From Chthoniobacteraceae bacterium (lineage in GTDB: Bacteria > Verrucomicrobiota > Verrucomicrobiia > Chthoniobacterales > Chthoniobacteraceae), in the NCBI GenBank assembly GCA_031409335.1, contig JANNWY010000260.1:1-30043 (forward strand): a DNA stretch of 30,043 nt. The letters run 5' to 3'. The notes under the pieces were generated by a model. That model saw only the letters and a program-made list of their open reading frames with translations, was not told the origin of the DNA and searched no databases. Of this stretch, positions 8,546 through 17,876 are shown piece by piece (positions within the stretch are counted from its first letter, which is position 1; every line of letters begins with the position of its first letter). The translations under genes were made by a program, and so were the position numbers.

Positions 8546-9526
8546 GTGCGTTTTTCCACCCTCTCCATCGCGCTCGTGCTCGCCGTCACGGCAAACGCTG
8601 CGCAGCTCGAAGTCTTCACCATAACCAGCACAAAGCTGCGCGGCAATCCGCTCGGCGATCCGGTCACGCGGCGAGTCGCGATTTTCAAACCGGACGGGGT
8701 GAAGGAAAGGGCGCTCGTCGTGTATTTGCCGGGTTGGGGCGGGTCGTCGGAGGATGCGATCGCGCAGGGTGCGGGCGGGTGGTTTGGGCAGGTCGTGGAC
8801 CGGCTGGCGGCGAAGGGGATGGCCTTCCGCATCGCGGTCGTCGATGGGCGCTCGCGGTATGGCGGGAGCCAGTTTTTGAATTCGAGCGCGACTGGCGATT
8901 ACGCGGACTACGTATCGGAGGAAATCGTGCCCGCGCTTTTTAAGGCGGGTGAAAAAACGTGCATCATTGCGGGGCATTCCAGCGGCGGCTACGGCGCGCT
9001 CATGCTCGCCATTTCGCACCACGAAAAATTCCCCGCCGTCGTCGCGCTCTCACCCGACAGCAACTTCGAGATCACGCACAAACCGCTCGTGGAAGATCCC
9101 TCCGTCCGCGCCGTCACCCGCGCCGAACTCGACGCTGCGATGGCTCCCGCGAAACCCGCGAACATTCCCGCGAGCCTCATCCTCGGCCTCTGCGCCAACT
9201 ACGCGCCGATCGCCGAAAAACCCGGCCGCTTCGAGTGGCTCTACGACGATCGTGGCAAGTGGCGCGCGGAAGCTTGGGCGCGCTGGATCGCGCTCGATCC
9301 GCTCACGGTCGTCCGCAAAAATCCCGATGCCTTCGCGAAGACGCAGCGCGTTTACCTCGACGGCGCGGAGCACGATGAATTCGGCGCAAATATCGGCGCG
9401 CGGAAGATCCACGACGTCATCCGCGAAAAGGTCCCGCGCTCCACGTTCTACGAATCGCCGGGGCATCACTCCGACCGGCTTGTGGAGCGGCTGATTCGCG
9501 GACTGACGGTCGTTTCAGGGAAATAA
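8546..9526 (+). CDS. Secreted alpha/beta-hydrolase (putative esterase, Fes-like family)
   Basis: Signal peptide; LRGNPLGDP; VYLPG; nucleophile elbow GHSSGGYGA; downstream D (HDEF) and H (GHHS) triad candidates. Confidence 0.88.
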   Translation: MRFSTLSIALVLAVTANAAQLEVFTITSTKLRGNPLGDPVTRRVAIFKPDGVKERALVVYLPGWGGSSEDAIAQGAGGWFGQVVDRLAAKGMAFRIAVVDGRSRYGGSQFLNSSATGDYADYVSEEIVPALFKAGEKTCIIAGHSSGGYGALMLAISHHEKFPAVVALSPDSNFEITHKPLVEDPSVRAVTRAELDAAMAPAKPANIPASLILGLCANYAPIAEKPGRFEWLYDDRGKWRAEAWARWIALDPLTVVRKNPDAFAKTQRVYLDGAEHDEFGANIGARKIHDVIREKVPRSTFYESPGHHSDRLVERLIRGLTVVSGK

Positions 9527-9541
9527 AAGTCCGCAAACGCG

Positions 9542-9590
9542 CTGATTCACTACGATTGTAGTTGACTGATTCACTACGGATGTCGTATCA
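9542..9590 (+). promoter_or_regulatory. Tandem BlaI/CopY-type operators overlapping the promoter
   Basis: Direct repeat ctgattcactacg at 9542 and 9566 (24-bp period); cores ACTAC-gatt-GTAGT (9549-9562) and ACTAC-ggat-GTCGT (9573-9586) resemble the TACA-N2-TGTA BlaI/CopY box; TTGACT at 9562-9567. Confidence 0.75.
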
Positions 9591-9601
9591 GGCATTTCGT
9601 C

Positions 9602-9985
9602 ATGCCAATTCCCGATATTTCCGAATCCGAATGGGCCGTCATGGAGGTGCTCTGGGAGAGCGCGCCGCAGACGGCCTCCGAACTCACCAAGCGCCTGCGC
9701 CCGACGATGGACTGGGCGGAAAATACCGTCCGCACTTTGCTCACCCGACTCGTGGACAAGGGCGCGCTCAAGACCGGCGAGAACGCGAACGGCACACGGG
9801 TTTTTCTTCCCGCGGTGAAGCGGGAGGATTGCGTGGGTGCGGAGAGCGAGTCGTTCATGCAGCGCGTCTTTCGCGGCGCGTCGAAGCCACTGCTCGTCCA
9901 CTTTGCGCAGCAGGCGCGGCTCACGCCGGAGGAAGTGCGCGACTTGAAACGCCTGCTCGATCAATCCCTCAAAAACCAACCCTGA
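9602..9985 (+). CDS. blaI: BlaI/MecI/CopY family transcriptional repressor
   Basis: ISESEWAVMEVLW...WAENTVRTLLTRLVDKG...F.G...L..HF. Confidence 0.95.
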   Translation: MPIPDISESEWAVMEVLWESAPQTASELTKRLRPTMDWAENTVRTLLTRLVDKGALKTGENANGTRVFLPAVKREDCVGAESESFMQRVFRGASKPLLVHFAQQARLTPEEVRDLKRLLDQSLKNQP

Positions 9986-9992
9986 CCTCCGC

Positions 9993-11819
9993 ATGAACAC
10001 GCTCGATACTTTTTTCCAATGGCTCCTCGCCGCCAGCGTGCGCGCTTCGTTGCTCGCGATCGCGGTGCTGGCTCTCCAATTCGTTTTGCGGCTCTGGTTG
10101 CCTGCGCGGTGGCGGCACGCGCTGTGGCTGCCGGTTGTATTCGTCCTGATCGCGCCAGTCCTCCCCGCCAGCCGGTGGAGCTTGGAAAATCGCATGGCGT
10201 CGCCGCTGGTGGTTCGATCCGCGCTTTTGCCGACGGGAACCGGGACGCCGGATATGGACACGGCGCCGGAAACTGAGATGCCGACAGACCTAGCGGCTTC
10301 GGCAGCCACGAGATCGCGCGTCCACGGGATTGTGCTTTTCGCCTGGCTGGCGGGAGCGTGCGGCTTCTTGGGAGCGGGTGCGATCGGATATAGGCGGAGC
10401 TTGCGACGAATCGGGCGAGGCGCTGTCGAAACGGACGCGACGCTCGCGGAGGCGGTGGCAAGTGTGGTGCGGCATTTGAAGCTGCGTCGTGCGCCGCGCG
10501 TCGTCGTTTCCGCAGCGATCGGAAGCCCCGCTATCGCGGGACTTTTTCGCCCAAGGTTGTTGCTGCCCACGGGATTTTCGGAGGACTTTTCCGACACCGA
10601 AAAGCGACTCATCCTGCGCCACGAACTCATGCATCTGAAGCGCTGCGACCTGCCGCTGAATTGGTTGCTCTGCCTTCTCCAGGCACTGCATTGGTTCAAT
10701 CCGCTGCTCTGGTTCGCCTTTGCGCGGATGCGGTCCGACCGCGAGATGGCCTGCGACGCGCAAGTGCTCGCCGCCGATGCCGAAGACCGCCGCGCCGACT
10801 ACGGCCGCGCCTTGCTGAAGCTCCAAGATTCCATGCCTTGTCCCGGCCTCAGCCTCGCGTTCGTCGGCATCTTCGAGCGCAGTGCTGGGCTGCGCTCGCG
10901 TATCCGCGCCATCGCCGGGTTCCGTCGCGCACACCACGCCTGGGGAATCGTCGTGCCGGTGGGAATCGCTATGCTGACGGCGCTCGGCGCAACCCGCGCG
11001 TCCCACGCCAAAGCGCCGCCGCAAACCGCCCCGCCGCTGCCGAAACGCGCGGCGGATTCCGGGAGCAAATCCGCGCGTGAGGCGCGCTCCGAGGCCCCGC
11101 ACATCGAGATCGAAGCCCATTTCATCGAAGTCCCCGAAGCCATCTGGAAACAGATGGCCGCCGCGGGATCGTGGGAGGTCGTGCGCGGCCAGCGTGAATG
11201 GTCCCGCCTCGTCGCGAGCACGGACCGCAAGGATCAGGAATCGCTGATTGAGTCCTGGTTTGGCAAAAAAGTGACCGCCGATTCGGGGGGATTTCTGCCG
11301 CTTGTTACCAGGGCTTTGAGTGAAAAACCGGGCGTCGATCTACTCTCCGCTCCGAAGGTGACGACGCGCTCAAATCAGAACGCGATCATCGAGATCGTCC
11401 GCGAGTTTAAGTACCCGACGGCTTGGAAACCGGGCGAAAAAAAGGAGGACGCATGGGTGCCGACCGTATATGAAACTAGGAATACCGGCGTGACCCTCGA
11501 AGCCGAGCCCACGCTGACGAACGATGGGAAAATCAACCTATGGGCCACACCGCAGGTCGTGGAATGCGAGAGCTTCAAGGACATCGGCCACGGACGAAAG
11601 CAGCCGATTTTCTCAGAGCGCAAAGTGCGGACGAACGTCACGCTGCGCTCCGGCCAAACGGTAGTGCTGGGTGGGGCGCTGCGGGAGACTCAGCAGACGG
11701 TCGAGAACAAGGTTCCGGTCCTCGGGGATGTGCCTTTGCTTGGGCGACTGTTTCGGACCTCGCAAAAGCAGGTGGTAAAGCGATGCCTGGTGGTGTTGGT
11801 CACACCGCGAATTCCTTAG
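9993..11819 (+). CDS. BlaR1-like M56 metallopeptidase fused to a secretin C-terminal domain
   Basis: M56: HELMH, ALHWFNPLLW, REMACD. Secretin: LLSAPKVTT, NTGVTLEAEP, PIFSERKVRTNVTLRSGQTVVLGG, KVPVLGDVPLLGRLF, LVVLVTPRI. Confidence 0.92.
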   Translation: MNTLDTFFQWLLAASVRASLLAIAVLALQFVLRLWLPARWRHALWLPVVFVLIAPVLPASRWSLENRMASPLVVRSALLPTGTGTPDMDTAPETEMPTDLAASAATRSRVHGIVLFAWLAGACGFLGAGAIGYRRSLRRIGRGAVETDATLAEAVASVVRHLKLRRAPRVVVSAAIGSPAIAGLFRPRLLLPTGFSEDFSDTEKRLILRHELMHLKRCDLPLNWLLCLLQALHWFNPLLWFAFARMRSDREMACDAQVLAADAEDRRADYGRALLKLQDSMPCPGLSLAFVGIFERSAGLRSRIRAIAGFRRAHHAWGIVVPVGIAMLTALGATRASHAKAPPQTAPPLPKRAADSGSKSAREARSEAPHIEIEAHFIEVPEAIWKQMAAAGSWEVVRGQREWSRLVASTDRKDQESLIESWFGKKVTADSGGFLPLVTRALSEKPGVDLLSAPKVTTRSNQNAIIEIVREFKYPTAWKPGEKKEDAWVPTVYETRNTGVTLEAEPTLTNDGKINLWATPQVVECESFKDIGHGRKQPIFSERKVRTNVTLRSGQTVVLGGALRETQQTVENKVPVLGDVPLLGRLFRTSQKQVVKRCLVVLVTPRIP

Positions 11820-11840
11820 GAAAAGTGAAGCGGCGCGCCG

Positions 11841-12764
11841 CTATTTCACGCCAGTCGCGAGCACGGTCTGAAACTGCGGGTTCTGCTCATCGCGCGTCAC
11901 GACGGTGACTTCGATGTCCGAAAATCCGGCGTCTTCCAGAAAGCCGTGGAGTTGCGATTCCGTGAAGCCGAGCCAGGTGTCGGCGTAAAGCTCGCGCGCC
12001 TTTTCAAACTGATGCGCGAGCAGATCGAGGATCGCGACGCGGCCGCCTTTTTTCAAAATGCGAAACGCCGCCGCGACGGCGCGCGCGGGACTGGCCGCGT
12101 GATGCAATGCCTGACTCAGCAACGCGAGATCGACGGTGCCTGCCGGGATCGGCGGCGTCTCCAAATCGCCGTGGCGGAATTCGAGATTTTTGAAGCCGTG
12201 TTTCTTCGCCAGTGCCGCGCCGAATTCGACCATCTTTTCGGAGTTGTCCACAGCGATGACTTTCTTCGCGCGCTTCGCCAGCAGTTGTGAAATCGTGCCT
12301 TCACCCGCGCCGAGATCGGCGATGACCATTGGCGGGGCGAGCGCGAACAGCAGATGCGCCACGCCTTCCCAAGTCCGCCCGGGGCAGTATGCGCGGCCGA
12401 ATTTTCCCGCGAGCTGGTTGAAATATTCGCGCGCCTTGTCCTGCCGCTTTTTCAGCGCAAGGCGGAGCGCCTTCTGATCGCGCGCCGCCTCGGGCAATTC
12501 CTTCGCGCTCGCCGCGATCACCGACGCAAACTCGGCGTGCGCCGGGTCGTCCGTGAGCGCGTAATAAATGTTCTTCCCCGCCCGCCGATCCTGCACCAGC
12601 CCGGCCTGGCGGAGCTGGCCGAGGTGCATGGAAATCCGCGATTGCCCCATGCCCAAAACCTCCTGAATCTCGACGACGGACAGTTCCTCCTTTTGCAAAA
12701 GGAGCAGCAGCCGCAGCCGTGTTTCATCGGCGATCAGGCGCAGAGATTTTACAATTGACGCCAT
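11841..12764 (-). CDS. sahR: ArsR HTH + SAM-methyltransferase fusion regulator (SahR/SamR-like)
   Basis: N-terminal ArsR (ADETRLRLL...QSRISMHL..LRQAGLV); C-terminal DLGAGEG motif I; adjacent to metK. Confidence 0.85.
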   Translation of the reverse strand: MASIVKSLRLIADETRLRLLLLLQKEELSVVEIQEVLGMGQSRISMHLGQLRQAGLVQDRRAGKNIYYALTDDPAHAEFASVIAASAKELPEAARDQKALRLALKKRQDKAREYFNQLAGKFGRAYCPGRTWEGVAHLLFALAPPMVIADLGAGEGTISQLLAKRAKKVIAVDNSEKMVEFGAALAKKHGFKNLEFRHGDLETPPIPAGTVDLALLSQALHHAASPARAVAAAFRILKKGGRVAILDLLAHQFEKARELYADTWLGFTESQLHGFLEDAGFSDIEVTVVTRDEQNPQFQTVLATGVK

Positions 12765-12781
12765 GCTTTAGTAGCTTAGAC

Positions 12782-12801
12782 GTATCACCGCATCATGATT
12801 G
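12782..12801. promoter_or_regulatory. Candidate SahR operator
   Basis: ATCA-N8-TGAT palindrome (12784-12799) in the 99-bp divergent sahR/metK spacer, consistent with the ATCA...TGAT core recalled for SahR boxes. Confidence 0.45.
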
Positions 12802-12863
12802 GTCAATGCGTTGTTTGACCAGTCTTCCACATCCTACCAACCAAAATCCCAAATAACTCCCGC

Positions 12864-14039
12864 ATGTCCCGTCCCTTTATTTTCTCGTCCGAATCCGTCG
12901 GTGAAGGCCATCCCGACAAGGTTGCCGACACCATTTCCGATGCCGTTCTCGACGCCTGCCTCGCGCAGGACATCCGCAGCCGCGTAGCCTGCGAGACTTA
13001 TGTGAAGAGCAACATCGCCATCGTCGGCGGCGAGATCACCACCAAGGCGAAACTCGATTACGTGCAGATCACGCGCGATGCCGTCCGCGAGATCGGCTAC
13101 GTGAATGACGACGACATTTTCCACGCGGACAAAATCTTCGTGCAGAACATCCTCACCGCGCAGTCGCCCGATATCGCGCAGGGCGTGGATGCAAAGAAGG
13201 CCAAGGGCAAGAAGCACGCCGAGCAGGGCGCGGGCGACCAAGGCATCATGTTTGGCTACGCGAGCGATGAGACGCCGGAGCTGATGCCCGCGCCGATCAT
13301 GTTTGCGCACCGCCTCGGGCGGAAGCTGACGGAGATTCGCAAAGCGGGCAAAGCGGCAAAGTGGCTGCGGCCAGATGCGAAGTCGCAGGTGTCCGTCGAG
13401 TATGTCGATGGGAAGCCTACGCGGATCACGAACGTCGTAATTTCCACGCAGCACGCGGCGGATGCGGAGCACGCGGAGATCGAGAAATTTTGCATCGAGA
13501 AAGTCATCAAGGCCGTGCTGCCCAAAGGCATGCTAACCAAGGACACCGAGTATCTCATCAACCCGACCGGCAAGTTTGTCGTCGGCGGGCCGCAGGGCGA
13601 CACCGGTCTGACTGGGCGCAAGATCATCGTGGATACCTACGGCGGCATGGGTCGGCATGGTGGTGGCGCTTTCTCCGGAAAGGATCCATCGAAGGTCGAT
13701 CGCAGCGCCGCTTACATGGGTCGCTGGGTGGCGAAGAACGTCGTCGCCGCCGGCCTCGCCGCGCGCTGCGAAGTGCAATTTGCCTACGCCATCGGGCATC
13801 CGGAGCCGGTCAGCGTGCATATCGATGCCTTCGACACTGGCACCCTGTCCGATGAGTCGATCCTCGCTGCGGTGCTCAAGGTTTTCAGCTTCAAGCCGGC
13901 GGACATCGTGCAGCAGCTCAACCTGCTCCGTCCGATCTACTCGAAGACGACGAACTACGGTCACTTCGGCAAGGACGACAAAGACCTGACGTGGGAAACC
14001 ACGGACAAGGCTGCGGCGCTCAAGAAGCACGCCAAATAG
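12864..14039 (+). CDS. metK: S-adenosylmethionine synthetase
   Basis: [38 protein letters not shown] signatures. Confidence 0.99.
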   Translation: MSRPFIFSSESVGEGHPDKVADTISDAVLDACLAQDIRSRVACETYVKSNIAIVGGEITTKAKLDYVQITRDAVREIGYVNDDDIFHADKIFVQNILTAQSPDIAQGVDAKKAKGKKHAEQGAGDQGIMFGYASDETPELMPAPIMFAHRLGRKLTEIRKAGKAAKWLRPDAKSQVSVEYVDGKPTRITNVVISTQHAADAEHAEIEKFCIEKVIKAVLPKGMLTKDTEYLINPTGKFVVGGPQGDTGLTGRKIIVDTYGGMGRHGGGAFSGKDPSKVDRSAAYMGRWVAKNVVAAGLAARCEVQFAYAIGHPEPVSVHIDAFDTGTLSDESILAAVLKVFSFKPADIVQQLNLLRPIYSKTTNYGHFGKDDKDLTWETTDKAAALKKHAK

Positions 14040-14160
14040 CGTCCGAGAAGACTCCAGTTTCGCGGCGCAGTTGCGGTCCTCCTGATCCGGCTCCAAGCCG
14101 GAAACTTTTCCTGCCGCGCGCTTGCGTGCGCTTCACCTGGCGGCAAGCTCTGCCCGCCTC

Positions 14161-16173
14161 ATGTCCAGTTTTCGCCTTTTCGATCTCAATCCCGAGCAGG
14201 AGCGCGCCGTGCGCACGACCGAGGGACCGCTGCTGATCCTCGCTGGCGCGGGCACGGGGAAGACGCGCGTCATCACGATGCGCATCGGTTTTCTCATCGC
14301 GCAGGGAGTCGCGCCGGACCACATTTTGGCGGTCACTTTCACGAATAAAGCGGCGAACGAAATGCGCGAGCGGCTGGCGAAGATGATGGATCCTGCCGTG
14401 GCGAAAAAGGTGACGGCCTCGACTTTTCACGCGCTGTGCGTGCGCATCCTGCGGCAGGACATCGAGCGACTGGGCTATAAGAAGAATTTTTCCATCTACG
14501 ACGACGGGGATCAGATCGGGATGATCAAAAAGATCATCACGCGCACTGCGGCGAAGGATGAAAAACTCGATCCGCAGGTGGCGAAGAATTTGATCTCGAA
14601 GGCGAAGAACCACGGCTGGCGCGAGGTCTTGCCCGGTGAGGAAAAGTCGCTCGTCGGCGCGGTTTTCGCGCGGTATCAGGCGGAGTTGAAGACGCTGAAC
14701 GCGGTGGATTTCGACGACCTGCTCGGGCTCACGGTGAAGCTGCTCACGGAGCACGCGCTGGTGCGCGAGAAGTGGCAGCGGAAGTATCGCTACCTGATGA
14801 TCGACGAGTTTCAGGACACGAACCGGCTGCAACTCGAACTCATCACCAGCCTCGCCGACGCGCGGAAAAACGTGGCGGTGGTGGGCGATGACGACCAATC
14901 CATCTACGGCTGGCGCGGTGCCGAAGTGTCGAACATCCTCGAATTCGAGGCGCACTTTCCGAACCCCGTCGTCGTAAAGCTGGAGCAAAATTACCGCTCG
15001 ACGAATGCCATCCTGAACACGGCGAATGCGCTCATTAAGAACAATCCGCGCCGCCGCCCGAAGCAGCTCTGGAGCGCCGCGGGCGACGGAGCGAAGGTGC
15101 GGGTGATCCAGATGACGGACGACCGGCAGGAGGCCGAGTTCATCGTGAACGAGATCGCCAACCGACTGCTCGTCGAGGGCCGCAAGCACGAGGATTTCGC
15201 GATCCTTTTCCGCATGAACGCGCAGTCGCGCCTGCTCGAAACGAATCTGCGCGCGCAGAAAATCCCGTATCGCGTGGTCGGCGGGAAGAGCTTCTTCGAC
15301 CGGCGCGAAATCAAGGAGCTGCTCGCCTACATGCAGTGCCTCGTGAACAACGACGACGACGTGTCGCTGCTGCGCATCGTGAACGTGCCGGCGCGCGGAC
15401 TTAGCTCCGCGACCGTCGAGCGTGCGACGGAATGGAGCGCGAAAAATCACTGCAGCGTTTTCGCCGCGCTGAAGTCGTCGGAGTTCCAGCACGAACTTTC
15501 GTCGCGGACGCGCGCGAGCATCGAAGTGTTCGTGGCGCTGATGGATCGCTACGAAACGCGGCTCAACACGCCACTGACGAATCACGCCGAAATTCTGCGC
15601 GAGCTGATCAAGGAAGTCGGCTACCTCGAAGACCTGCGCCGCACCTGCAAGACGCCCGCCGAGTCCGACGGGCGCGAGGGCAACGTGAGCGAGATGATCA
15701 AATCGTTTGAAGAATATCAGTCGCGCTCGACGGAAGGGCTGCGCGGATTTCTCGACGAGATGAGCCTGCGGCAGGAGCGCGAGGACGAGGAGGATGATTT
15801 GAAAGGGCCGGGCGTCACGCTCATCACGCTGCACGCCGCGAAGGGTCTGGAATTTCCAAACGTCTATCTCATCGGCCTCGAGGAAGGCCTGCTCCCGCAC
15901 GATCGCTCGAAGGTGGAAGGCACCGTCGATGAAGAGCGTCGCCTGCTCTACGTCGGCATCACGCGCGCCCGGGAGACGCTCGCGCTGACATGGTGCGGCC
16001 ACCGGATCAAGTGGGGAAGCCCATCGCCGGGCACGCCGAGTTCATTCATCAAGGAACTCCCGCACGAGTGGATCGACCGCTGCGGCGCGACGCAGATCCT
16101 GAACGCACCAGTCGCGCAGGACTCGGTGAAAGACCGCTTCGCCGCGATGAAGGCGCTGCTGGAGAAAGCGTGA
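14161..16173 (+). CDS. uvrD: UvrD/Rep/PcrA superfamily I DNA helicase
   Basis: LNPEQ, AGAGTGKT, DEFQDTN, VGDDDQSIYGWRG, NYRS, TLHAAKGLEF, EERRLLYVGITRA; no long C-terminal Tudor-like tail (Rep-like length). Confidence 0.95.
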   Translation: MSSFRLFDLNPEQERAVRTTEGPLLILAGAGTGKTRVITMRIGFLIAQGVAPDHILAVTFTNKAANEMRERLAKMMDPAVAKKVTASTFHALCVRILRQDIERLGYKKNFSIYDDGDQIGMIKKIITRTAAKDEKLDPQVAKNLISKAKNHGWREVLPGEEKSLVGAVFARYQAELKTLNAVDFDDLLGLTVKLLTEHALVREKWQRKYRYLMIDEFQDTNRLQLELITSLADARKNVAVVGDDDQSIYGWRGAEVSNILEFEAHFPNPVVVKLEQNYRSTNAILNTANALIKNNPRRRPKQLWSAAGDGAKVRVIQMTDDRQEAEFIVNEIANRLLVEGRKHEDFAILFRMNAQSRLLETNLRAQKIPYRVVGGKSFFDRREIKELLAYMQCLVNNDDDVSLLRIVNVPARGLSSATVERATEWSAKNHCSVFAALKSSEFQHELSSRTRASIEVFVALMDRYETRLNTPLTNHAEILRELIKEVGYLEDLRRTCKTPAESDGREGNVSEMIKSFEEYQSRSTEGLRGFLDEMSLRQEREDEEDDLKGPGVTLITLHAAKGLEFPNVYLIGLEEGLLPHDRSKVEGTVDEERRLLYVGITRARETLALTWCGHRIKWGSPSPGTPSSFIKELPHEWIDRCGATQILNAPVAQDSVKDRFAAMKALLEKA

Positions 16174-16197
16174 CGCGGAAGATCGCCGCCGACCGTA

Positions 16198-16386
16198 CCC
16201 ACAAACCCTGTCATTTCGACCGGAGCGCAGGCGGGCCAGCGGGCGGAGCGGAGTGGAAAAACCTCTAATTTTTCTTCGAGCGGAGGTGGTGCGCAGCAAC
16301 GAGCGCGTCCAACTTCCCACCTCTGCCGTCCGCGGAAGTGAGAGGTTCCTCCACTGCGCTCCGGTCGAAATGACAGGCTTTGTGGG
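16198..16386. repeat. Complete palindromic (REP/MITE-like) element with 33-bp terminal inverted repeats
   Basis: cccacaaaccctgtcatttcgaccggagcgcag (16198-16230) vs ctgcgctccggtcgaaatgacaggctttgtggg (16354-16386), 1 mismatch; inner stems gtggaaaaacctct/agaggttcctccac and gaggtgg/ccacctc; lies between convergent uvrD and yajQ. Confidence 0.92.
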
Positions 16387-16443
16387 AGCGGCTTCGCCGC
16401 ACACGGAATCCCGAATAACGGGCATTCTTCTGCGCGGCCTACG

Positions 16444-16935
16444 CTAGTCGCGAAAATTCCCGAAGTTCAGCGCCACGCCGAAATCCTTGCCCCGGCAGAA
16501 CGCGATGACTTCCTGCAAGTCATCGCGCTTCTTCCCGTTCACGCGAATCTGCCGCTCCTGCAGCGTGCTCTGCACCTTGAACTCCTGCGCCTTGATCGCT
16601 TTCACGATCTCCTTCGCCTTGTCACCATCGAGTCCCTGCTTGATCACGAAATCCTGCGTCGCATGGCCGAGCGGCGAGATCACCGGATCTTTCCGCTCCA
16701 CATTGCGCAGGTCGATGTTCCGCTTCGCCAGCTTGCCCGTCACGATGTCGTGCAGCCCTTTCAAGCGCGAGCCATCCTCTGCCTTCAGCTCGATCTTTGA
16801 CTCCTTCTCGCTCCACTCGATCGTCGCCGTGCTACCCTTGAAGTCGAAGCGTGTCGCGAGTTCCTTGCGCGCCTGATTGATCGCGTTGTCGATCTCCTGG
16901 GTGTCGATTTCAGAAACGATGTCGAAGGAAGGCAT
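16444..16935 (-). CDS. yajQ: YajQ family nucleotide (c-di-GMP)-binding protein
   Basis: MPSFDIVSE...NA.NQA.KE...RFDFKGS...RV.GKKRDDLQ...F.NFRD. Confidence 0.97.
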   Translation of the reverse strand: MPSFDIVSEIDTQEIDNAINQARKELATRFDFKGSTATIEWSEKESKIELKAEDGSRLKGLHDIVTGKLAKRNIDLRNVERKDPVISPLGHATQDFVIKQGLDGDKAKEIVKAIKAQEFKVQSTLQERQIRVNGKKRDDLQEVIAFCRGKDFGVALNFGNFRD

Positions 16936-16941
16936 GGGTAG

Positions 16942-17265
16942 TTAGAGTGCGGCGCGCGCAGCGGTTTCGTCGGGGTAAAGGTGGAGGACTTGATCCAACC
17001 GCGCGATTTCAAAAATGTGACGCACGGTCGGCTGGAGACCAAACAGGCCGAGCTTGCCACCGTATGAATCCATGCGCTGAAGGCATTCGATGAAGAGCGC
17101 GAGGCCGGAGCTATCCATGTATTTCACGCGGCTCAGATCCACGAGGATGCGCTCGGTCTTACCCTCGATCAGCTCGTCGAGTTTCACCTTCACAACCGGC
17201 GTCTGGTAAAGGTCGATGTCGCCTTCCATGGCGAGGATGCCGAGAGAGTTGGTCGGGTCAGACAT
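16942..17265 (-). CDS. STAS domain anti-sigma factor antagonist
   Basis: GDIDLY...VDLSRVKYMDSSGLA (phospho-Ser motif)...VRHIFEIARL. Confidence 0.93.
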   Translation of the reverse strand: MSDPTNSLGILAMEGDIDLYQTPVVKVKLDELIEGKTERILVDLSRVKYMDSSGLALFIECLQRMDSYGGKLGLFGLQPTVRHIFEIARLDQVLHLYPDETAARAAL

Positions 17266-17267
17266 GG

Positions 17268-17876
17268 TTATTTTTTCGCCTCTGCTTTGCTGACGTTCAA
17301 GGTCCGCACCGAGCCATCGGCTTGCAGGCTGTTGTAGCTGCTCGATTCCGGCGTGCGCTGGTGCGGCGCCTCCCCGGCATTCACGAAATCGACCAGCAGA
17401 CGCACACGGTTCATTGGCACATTGAACGCCCCACGCGGTGTGTAGATTTTCGGCGCGTTGACAAGTTCGCCGTCAAAGGTCGGACGCCATTCGTAGCTCG
17501 TCTTTTTCTCCGCGAAGAAACTGATCCCCTCGGCGGCATCCTTCGTGAAGTTTAGCTTCGCTTTCAAATCCGCCGGGCACGTCAGAATTCCCGCTGTCAC
17601 GCCGTATGGCTTCAGCACGGTGTCGATGGGTTCCACCTTCGTGCCTTCGGGATAGACTGGGTTGGTCGGGTCCGTCTCAATGTAAGGCAGCGTGTTGTCG
17701 TGGTCCGCGCAGTAGAGGTTAATGCTCGCGCCGATCTGCTTGAGATTGCTCAGGCACTTCGTCGTGTCCGCATTGTCGATCACGCGTCCGACGACCGGGA
17801 AGAGCAGTCCGGCAAGCAGGGCGATGATGGCGATGACGGAGATCAGTTCGATGAGGGTGAAGCCACGCTGCTTCAT
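17268..17876 (-). CDS. Prepilin-type N-terminal cleavage/methylation protein with H-X9-DG-like C-terminal motif
   Basis: RG/FTLIELISVIAIIALLAGLLFP; KCLSNLKQIG; CPAD; H...YNSLQADGSV. Confidence 0.93.
   Translation of the reverse strand: MKQRGFTLIELISVIAIIALLAGLLFPVVGRVIDNADTTKCLSNLKQIGASINLYCADHDNTLPYIETDPTNPVYPEGTKVEPIDTVLKPYGVTAGILTCPADLKAKLNFTKDAAEGISFFAEKKTSYEWRPTFDGELVNAPKIYTPRGAFNVPMNRVRLLVDFVNAGEAPHQRTPESSSYNSLQADGSVRTLNVSKAEAKK

Noticed and set aside
7537..8832. Extended N-termini given by the ORF track for 6070..7737, 7533..8267 and 7864..8832
   Set aside because: They overlap real neighbouring genes; coupled downstream ATGs give coherent proteins.
9542..9586. Direct repeat as CRISPR or target-site duplication
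   Set aside because: Only two units with a 24-bp period; explained by BlaI operators.
12765..12863. SAM riboswitch upstream of metK
   Set aside because: Short spacer with no recognisable SAM-I/II core; protein regulator adjacent.
14086..14110. Hairpin ccggc-tccaa-gccgg after metK as intrinsic terminator
   Set aside because: Short stem and the U-tract is not adjacent; insufficient support.
14020..16002. 660-aa ORF antisense to uvrD (also long antisense ORFs 23808-26114, 26127-28577, 1693-2682, 3185-4222, 17894-18976)
   Set aside because: Shadow ORFs of high-GC coding sequence opposite genes with clear motifs.
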